Positions 27,065 to 32,000 of a stretch of 32,000 nucleotides of DNA are shown here, piece after piece. Below the pieces are notes generated by a model. The model did not search any database. It was not told where the DNA came from and saw only the letters and a program-made list of their open reading frames with translations. Positions within the stretch are counted from its first letter, which is position 1. Every line of letters starts with the position of its first letter. Source of the stretch: Pseudoalteromonas tetraodonis. GTDB taxonomy: Bacteria; Pseudomonadota; Gammaproteobacteria; Enterobacterales; Alteromonadaceae. The stretch spans positions 570,001-602,000 of the forward strand of contig NZ_CP011042.1 of the NCBI RefSeq assembly GCF_002310835.1, written 5' to 3'. The position numbers were made by a program, and so were the translations under genes.

Positions 27065-27643
27065 ATGAAACGTGCGATTTTCCCATTACCGATTTTTATA
27101 TTACCTGAAGGCTATACGCGATTACGTATATTTGAGCCTCGTTATTTGACGATGGTTAAAAACGCATTAAAAACAAACAGCGGTTTTGTACTTTGCACCT
27201 TCGAACACGACACACCATTTAATATAAGCGCCCAAGGGTGTTTAATGGATATTATTGATTTCGACCAAGACGAAAGCGGTATGCTGTTGATTGATGTTTT
27301 TGCATCAAAAAGTGTGCAACTAGATAACGTGTACCAAGACGAACAGGAGTTACGCCATGGCGAGGTCTCTGCGTGCAATACACCTTATTGGTACAACAGC
27401 AGTAACCATGACATTGGTGAACATCAACTACTTCAAGTGGCACTAGAAGAAGTATTCTCTAATAACCCACAGCTACAGTCTCTTTATAAACATACCCAGT
27501 TTAATCAACTTACTTGGGTTGTTGCCAGATGGCTTGAGCTTCTCCCTATTTCTATTGAGAAAAAACAACAACTTGCATTTGAAACTAATTTTGATAACTT
27601 GCTGAATTTCCTCCATACTGTGATTAATAACGAATTTGCCTAA
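27065..27643 (+). CDS. Lon protease N-terminal (LON substrate-binding) domain-only protein (COG2802-like)
   Basis: FPLPIFILPEGYTRLRIFEPRYLTMV is the signature start of the Lon N-terminal domain. The protein is about 192 aa and has no AAA+ or protease domain. I prefer ATG 27065 over TTG 27047. Confidence 0.82.
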   Translation: MKRAIFPLPIFILPEGYTRLRIFEPRYLTMVKNALKTNSGFVLCTFEHDTPFNISAQGCLMDIIDFDQDESGMLLIDVFASKSVQLDNVYQDEQELRHGEVSACNTPYWYNSSNHDIGEHQLLQVALEEVFSNNPQLQSLYKHTQFNQLTWVVARWLELLPISIEKKQQLAFETNFDNLLNFLHTVINNEFA

Positions 27644-27651
27644 AATAATTT

Positions 27652-27678
27652 TGATCCACTTATAATCTTAGCTCGTAA
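27652..27678 (+). promoter_or_regulatory. Candidate autoregulated ECF promoter upstream of the sigma/anti-sigma operon: TGATCC-N16-CGTAA
   Basis: Exact motif in the 127-nt gap between the Lon-N-domain gene's stop codon (27641-27643) and the preferred sigma start. The -35 TGATCC matches my recollection of promoters used by ChrR-partnered sigma-E, and the -10 contains the generic ECF CGT. Confidence 0.65.
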
Positions 27679-27770
27679 TGCTACTTACAAAAGCTATAAC
27701 GGGACATTTTACTATGGTAAGTCAACAACAAACATTACGTTGTGAACCTAACACAGGTAAGTATACTGCC

Positions 27771-28337
27771 ATGCCAGAAACGCCAAGTACGGAACTCAGG
27801 GAAGCATTAGTTAATGTAGCCCAATCTCGCGATAAAAAATCTTTCGCGTACTTGTTTGAATATTTTGCACCAAAGATCAAACGCTTTGGCATTAAGCAGT
27901 TTGGTGTAGAAGCCCAAGCAATGGAGTTGGTGCAAGAAACGCTCACTTCAGTGTGGCGAAAAGCGCATTTGTACAACAGCGACAAAGGCGCAGCCACTAC
28001 GTGGGTTTATACGGTAATGCGTAATGCGTCCTTTGATATGCTTCGAAAAATGAAAAGTAACAAAGAAGAAAATATCAGCGAAGACATCTGGCCGTTATTG
28101 AATGAATCAGAAGATACACATCACGAATACAGTGACCACCTTGAAGATAAACAAATTAAGCGCTACCTAGATAAACTGCCACAAGCACAAAGAGAAGTGG
28201 TACGCGGTGTTTACTTTCAAGATATGTCGCAAGAGCAGCTTGCTCAACAATTAAACATTCCAGTAGGCACGGTAAAATCACGATTACGTTTAGCCTTGCA
28301 GAAATTACGTAATGAAATGGGAGATCAGCATGATTAA
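27771..28337 (+). CDS. rpoE: ECF sigma factor of the RpoE(Rhodobacter)/ChrR-partnered type
   Basis: Sigma-2 region (FAYLFEYFAPKIKRF..., ELVQETLTSVWRKA) and sigma-4 region (LPQAQREVVRGVYFQDMSQEQLAQQLNIPVGTVKSRLRLAL). The track start ATG 27678 overlaps the putative -10, so I prefer ATG 27771, giving 188 aa. ATG 27714 remains possible. Confidence 0.88.
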   Translation: MPETPSTELREALVNVAQSRDKKSFAYLFEYFAPKIKRFGIKQFGVEAQAMELVQETLTSVWRKAHLYNSDKGAATTWVYTVMRNASFDMLRKMKSNKEENISEDIWPLLNESEDTHHEYSDHLEDKQIKRYLDKLPQAQREVVRGVYFQDMSQEQLAQQLNIPVGTVKSRLRLALQKLRNEMGDQHD

Positions 28338-28995
28338 ACATCACCCGAGTGAAACACTACTGACACAATACTGTGCAGCAACACTTCCCGCATCACTAAG
28401 CTTAGCCGTATCTATTCATGTAGATATGTGCCCAATATGCCAAGCTGAGGTTGAAAAACTCGAGGCAAGTAATGCAAAAGCAGTGTTTAGTGACAACATG
28501 AATGTTAATAACGATGAGCAAAGCGACGATATAGCGGACTCAGGGTTGCTTGAATTAATCACGTCAGACGATTCGATTGATGAAGTTTATGCCGTTGAAC
28601 CTGTCACTATTGAAGTGAATGACTATAATTACAGCTTACCAAGAGCATTAACACGTATTTCTCATAGCAAATTTACACAAGTAGGTAAGCTTGCTCGTTC
28701 ACGTATAGCGCTTGACGATGGGCATTTGCGCTCGAGTTTATTGCACATAGACGCAGGCGGTGAAATTCCTGAGCATACACATACAGGTTTTGAAGTTACG
28801 CTACTTCTTGATGGCGAATTTACAGATGAAGAAGGCAGTTATGTACCAGGTGATTTTATTTGGCAAGATGGCCGTCATCAACATACTCCTTTAACAAAAG
28901 AGGGATGTTTGTGCTTTACTGTAGTCAGTAGTGCGCTACATTTCAATAAAGGACTTAGCAAGTTGCTTAATCCAATTGGCAGCTTGATTTATTAA
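28330..28995 (+). CDS. chrR: ChrR-type anti-sigma factor (N-terminal zinc ZAS domain plus C-terminal cupin domain)
   Basis: The N-terminus has HHPSE...H-VDM-C-PI-C (H-x3-C-x2-C). The C-terminus has a cupin domain with GGEIPEHTHTGFEVTLLLDGEF...HQH metal ligands. ATG 28330 is preceded by GGGAG with 6-nt spacing and overlaps the sigma stop (ATGATTAA). Confidence 0.9.
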   Translation: MIKHHPSETLLTQYCAATLPASLSLAVSIHVDMCPICQAEVEKLEASNAKAVFSDNMNVNNDEQSDDIADSGLLELITSDDSIDEVYAVEPVTIEVNDYNYSLPRALTRISHSKFTQVGKLARSRIALDDGHLRSSLLHIDAGGEIPEHTHTGFEVTLLLDGEFTDEEGSYVPGDFIWQDGRHQHTPLTKEGCLCFTVVSSALHFNKGLSKLLNPIGSLIY

Positions 28996-29003
28996 GAGAA
29001 TCT

Positions 29004-29957
29004 ATGCAAACAGATACAATAAAAATAGGTATTAGCGCCTGCTTAGCAGGCGAAAAGGTAAGATTTGACAGCGGCCACAAAAAATCTAACTTTTGTATGG
29101 AAGAGCTGGCAAAACATGTTGAATATAAAATGTATTGTCCTGAGGTTGCGGTTGGCTTACCTATACCGCGCCCGACAATTCGTCAAGTAAGAACTGCTGA
29201 TACTATTAAAGTGTGTCGTCCAAATGGTACAGGTGATGTTGGCCCTCAGCTAACAGAATACGGCAAAAAAATAGCCACAGAGCAAGCCGGTCATTTAAGT
29301 GGGTTTGTTTTTTGTGCTAAAAGCCCGAGTTGCGGCATGGAGCGCGTTAAAATTTACAATGAAGCAGGAACCGGTAACACCTCTGAAGGGATTGGTTTTT
29401 TTGCAGAACAAATCATGAAACACAACCCATTACTGCCCTGTGAAGAAAACGGTCGCTTGAACGACGTTCATTTACGCGAAAATTTTGTTATGCGTGTTTA
29501 TACATTATATAACTGGCAGCAGTTGGTGAAAGAACCTATTACAGTTCATCGGTTAACTCAGTTTCACGCGCAATACAAATACTTGTTGATGGCTCATAAC
29601 TATCAAGCTTACCGTGACTTAGGCCACTTGCTTGGTACTTATTTAGGTGATGATATAAACGCATTAGCCGATGAGTATATTCTCGGTTTAATGACCGCGT
29701 TGAAACGTCCTGCGTCAAGAAAAAACAATTCAAATACTTTAATGCACTTGCAAGGTTACTTCAAAAGAGATTTATCGAAAATCGAAAAAGAAGAAATGCG
29801 AGATGCAATAGACGAATATCGCCAAGGGTTGGTACCGCTTTATGTACCACTAACCTTACTTAAGCATCATTTAAAGGTTCATCCTAATGAATATTTAAGC
29901 AAGCAAATATACTTTAACCCTTATCCTAATGAATTAAAGTTACGTTACGGTTTGTAA
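29004..29957 (+). CDS. ybgA: DUF523 (TudS-like Fe-S domain) fused to DUF1722 (YbgA family)
   Basis: The N-terminal half has IGISACLAGEKVRFDSG, YCPEV and KSPSCG, which are Cys positions typical of DUF523. The C-terminal half has FHAQYKYLLMAHNYQAYRDLGHLLG, typical of DUF1722/YbgA. It starts 8 nt after chrR, and its stop overlaps the phrB ATG (TAATG). Confidence 0.88.
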   Translation: MQTDTIKIGISACLAGEKVRFDSGHKKSNFCMEELAKHVEYKMYCPEVAVGLPIPRPTIRQVRTADTIKVCRPNGTGDVGPQLTEYGKKIATEQAGHLSGFVFCAKSPSCGMERVKIYNEAGTGNTSEGIGFFAEQIMKHNPLLPCEENGRLNDVHLRENFVMRVYTLYNWQQLVKEPITVHRLTQFHAQYKYLLMAHNYQAYRDLGHLLGTYLGDDINALADEYILGLMTALKRPASRKNNSNTLMHLQGYFKRDLSKIEKEEMRDAIDEYRQGLVPLYVPLTLLKHHLKVHPNEYLSKQIYFNPYPNELKLRYGL

Positions 29958-31351
29958 TGAATACACTATTTTGGTTTAGGCGTGATTTGCGCCTTTTTTC
30001 AAACGAAGCGCTTATTGAAGCGTTAAATAATGGTGCTAAACACACCATTTTTTTTGTGTGCGAAAAACAATGGGCACAGCATAACACTGCCCCAATTCAA
30101 ATTGATTTACTAAAACGCAGAGTCAGTTACATACGTGAAAAATTAGCTGAGTATGGCATTAATTTACACGTGATAGAGGCTCCTTATTTCACAGACTGCC
30201 AAACTAAGCTTCTCGATTTTTGTCAGCAGTATGAGATTAAACACATAATAGCCAATAAAGAATATGAGCTTAATGAGTTTAATAGAGATAAAGCGATTCA
30301 AGCGCAATGCGATCAACAGCAAATAACATTTACTTTATACGAAGGTGACATCATTGCACCTGTTGGCAGTGTACGCACTCAAAACAATGAAATGTATAAA
30401 GTGTTTACGCCTTTTAAGCGGGCGTGGTTAAAACAGTATCAAGATACTCACTTTAGCTTGGTGTCGTGGCCATTATCTTCAAACCCTATTGATATTGAAT
30501 CGTGTGAATTACTCAGCAGTGATGACAGTTCAAAGAAATGGCCGGTTGATGACGACACCTTAGCGAGTGTGGTCGATAATTTTATCCATGATAAATTAGC
30601 AAGTTATGATGATGTACGCGATATACCTAGTGTAAAAGGAACATCGGGTTTAAGCCCATATTTAGCATTAGGGGTTGTTAGCAGTAAGCAGTTAATGGTC
30701 AACATACAACAGCAGTATCCAGATATTTTGACTACCTCAAAAAGTAAAACCTTTACGTGGGTGAACGAGCTGATTTGGCGTGAATTTTATAAACACCTCA
30801 TTGCCGAATTTCCTAAATTATCGCGCGGTGCTAATTTCAACGAAAAGTACGATAGTGTTGCTTGGCGTGATAATGAGGCTGAGTTTAAGCTTTGGTGTGA
30901 AGGCCGCACTGGCTATCCACTTGTTGATGCTGCCATGCAACAGCTATTGCAAACTGGTTGGATGCACAACCGTTTGCGAATGGTAGTGGCAAGTTTCTTA
31001 ACTAAACATCTTTTAATCGACTGGCGTAAGGGCGAGCAGTTTTTTATGCAGCACCTTATTGATGGTGATTTAGCCTCGAATAATGGCGGCTGGCAATGGG
31101 CGGCAAGTACAGGCTGTGATGCACAGCCTTATTTTAGAGTGTTTAACCCTATTACTCAAAGTGAACGCTTTGATCCAAGTGGTCAATTTATTCGTAAATA
31201 TCTGCCTGAATTAGAAAAAGTCCCAGATAAACACATTCATTTTCCTCATACCTATTTAGCAGCAACGGGGCAAAGTGAACACTGTTACTGGCCGGCAATT
31301 GTTGATCATAAAGCAGCACGAGCTAGGGCTTTAGATGCATTTAAGGTGTGA
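29957..31351 (+). CDS. phrB: Deoxyribodipyrimidine photolyase (class I CPD photolyase)
   Basis: 464-aa ORF with LFWFRRDLRL at the N-terminus and TGYPLVDAAMQQLLQTGWMHNRLRMVVASFLTKHL..DGDLASNNGGWQWAASTG in the FAD-binding domain. Confidence 0.95.
   Translation: MNTLFWFRRDLRLFSNEALIEALNNGAKHTIFFVCEKQWAQHNTAPIQIDLLKRRVSYIREKLAEYGINLHVIEAPYFTDCQTKLLDFCQQYEIKHIIANKEYELNEFNRDKAIQAQCDQQQITFTLYEGDIIAPVGSVRTQNNEMYKVFTPFKRAWLKQYQDTHFSLVSWPLSSNPIDIESCELLSSDDSSKKWPVDDDTLASVVDNFIHDKLASYDDVRDIPSVKGTSGLSPYLALGVVSSKQLMVNIQQQYPDILTTSKSKTFTWVNELIWREFYKHLIAEFPKLSRGANFNEKYDSVAWRDNEAEFKLWCEGRTGYPLVDAAMQQLLQTGWMHNRLRMVVASFLTKHLLIDWRKGEQFFMQHLIDGDLASNNGGWQWAASTGCDAQPYFRVFNPITQSERFDPSGQFIRKYLPELEKVPDKHIHFPHTYLAATGQSEHCYWPAIVDHKAARARALDAFKV
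31171..31197 (+). promoter_or_regulatory. Third exact TGATCC-N16-CGTAA motif, inside the 3' end of phrB; possible internal ECF promoter for the downstream genes
   Basis: Exact match, about 155 nt upstream of ATG 31353. Caveat: it is embedded in codons for the conserved photolyase peptide F-D-P-x-G-x-F-I-R-K, so part of the match is forced by the protein sequence. Confidence 0.35.
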
Positions 31352-31352
31352 T

Positions 31353-31781
31353 ATGGATAACCAATTATCAGTCGATAAATTTGTAGAAATATATCAAAAG
31401 CTTGATAAAAATAACCTTGAGTTATTAACCGAAATTTACGCAAAAAATATACAATTTATAGATCCGCTGCACGAAATTAATGGTCTAGAAGATTTAAGGC
31501 GTTATTTTTGTGGTTTATACAGTAATGTTAAGGATTGTCGATTTGACATAACCGATTCATTTACCAACGATAATAACGCATTTGTGTATTGGACAATGTA
31601 TTACTCTCATCCAAAACTGAATGCCGGTAAAACAATCACAGTGCAAGGGCACAGCAAGTTGGTATTTGAAGGCGACAAAATTGTAAAACATCGAGATTAC
31701 TTTAATGCTGGTGAGCTGTTATACAAGCATATCCCATTACTAGGTAATATCATTAATTTTATTGATAAAAGGGCTGGTTAA
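31353..31781 (+). CDS. NTF2/SnoaL-like small protein
   Basis: 142-aa ORF. ATG 31353 is preceded by AAGG at 31343-31346, 6 nt upstream, and lies 1 nt after the phrB stop. The overall pattern (FVEIYQKLDKNNLELLTEIYAKNIQFIDP...) is typical of SnoaL-like/NTF2-fold proteins. Confidence 0.75.
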   Translation: MDNQLSVDKFVEIYQKLDKNNLELLTEIYAKNIQFIDPLHEINGLEDLRRYFCGLYSNVKDCRFDITDSFTNDNNAFVYWTMYYSHPKLNAGKTITVQGHSKLVFEGDKIVKHRDYFNAGELLYKHIPLLGNIINFIDKRAG

Positions 31782-31783
31782 CT

Positions 31784-32000
31784 ATGATTACCCTTATTAC
31801 AGGTGCAACGTCGGGTATTGGTGAACAACTTGCTATTAAGTATGCCGAGCAGGGTGATACAGTGATTGCCTGCGGGCGTAATACGCAAAAGCTCGCTGAA
31901 CTTGCCAAACACAACAACATAGAAACCTGCCAATTTGACGCCACTAATTTACAAGATATAAAAGCGGCAACGTTAGGGTACACTCAATTTGACCGCGTAA
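31784..32000 (+). CDS. Short-chain dehydrogenase/reductase, N-terminal part (3' end outside the window)
   Basis: My own translation gives MITLITGATSGIGEQLAIKYAEQGDTVIACGRNTQKLAELAKH..., containing the TGxxxGIG Rossmann motif. It starts 2 nt after the preceding stop. It is missing from the ORF track because it runs off the window. Confidence 0.8.
   Translation, partial: MITLITGATSGIGEQLAIKYAEQGDTVIACGRNTQKLAELAKHNNIETCQFDATNLQDIKAATLGYTQFDRV

Noticed and set aside
28312-28329. Upstream start (MKWEIS) for chrR
   Set aside because: ATG 28330 has GGGAG at ideal spacing, gives the usual sigma/anti-sigma stop-start overlap, and begins the product at the conserved MIKHHPSE region.
27142-28344. Minus-strand ORFs 27142-27378, 27252-27443, 27722-27997 and 28156-28344
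   Set aside because: They are antisense to the Lon-N-domain and ECF sigma genes, both supported by clear family motifs.
29539-31983. ORFs 29539-29733(-), 30780-30986(+) and 31759-31983(-)
   Set aside because: They are shadows within ybgA, phrB and the SDR gene. In particular, 31759-31983 lies opposite a frame encoding a textbook TGxxxGIG Rossmann start.
1-32000. Search for tRNA, rRNA, CRISPR repeats, IS/transposase, integrase, phage or toxin-antitoxin and defence-type genes
   Set aside because: I saw no T-loop or anticodon-arm-like sequences, no regularly spaced direct repeats, and no ORF with transposase, integrase, nuclease or ATPase-defence signatures. Every large ORF has an ordinary housekeeping or regulatory assignment.

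Overview
The window looks like an ordinary core-chromosome segment of a low-GC marine gammaproteobacterium. The proteins look Alteromonadales/Pseudoalteromonas-like, but that taxon is a guess. I found no rRNA, tRNA, CRISPR array, transposase, integrase or phage genes.

Layout:
- 1-131: the 3' end of a GGDEF-domain gene.
- 133-1056 (-): a membrane-anchored beta-propeller-like orphan.
- 1441-16868 (+): a tightly packed co-directional array. It runs stand-alone CBM48 glycogen-binding protein, malQ, glgB, glgX, glgP, glgC, glgA, then an EAL+HDOD protein, a DUF418 membrane protein and rluF. A single clear bidirectional terminator closes it at 16893-16919.
- 16926-21076 (-): an RND efflux pair (permease plus lipoprotein adaptor), divergent from a LysR regulator.
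- 22091-22396 (+): an alkyltransferase-like (ATL) gene whose start overlaps the end of the LysR gene.
- 22398-25439 (-): a CHASE-PAS-PAS-GGDEF-EAL sensor.
- 25631-26260 (-): a hemolysin-III/PAQR protein.
- 26558-26963 (+): a small secreted protein followed by an unlisted 36-aa membrane-peptide ORF.
- 27065-32000 (+): a ChrR-type ECF sigma/anti-sigma photo-oxidative stress module. It runs Lon-N-domain protein, ECF sigma, ChrR, DUF523-DUF1722 (ybgA-like), photolyase phrB, NTF2/SnoaL-like protein and an SDR that is truncated by the window end.

The most system-like signal I can read directly is an exact motif, TGATC(C/G)-N16-CGTAA. It occurs three times in this last module and nowhere else on either strand. 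Two copies are intergenic (upstream of the Lon-N-domain gene and of the sigma gene) and one lies inside the 3' end of phrB.

I see no convincing evidence for a wholly new defence or mobile system. The remaining findings are modest: orphan small proteins, perfect palindromes, a stand-alone CBM48 protein, and c-di-GMP genes attached to the glycogen cluster. All functional calls rest on motif recognition by eye, with no database searches.
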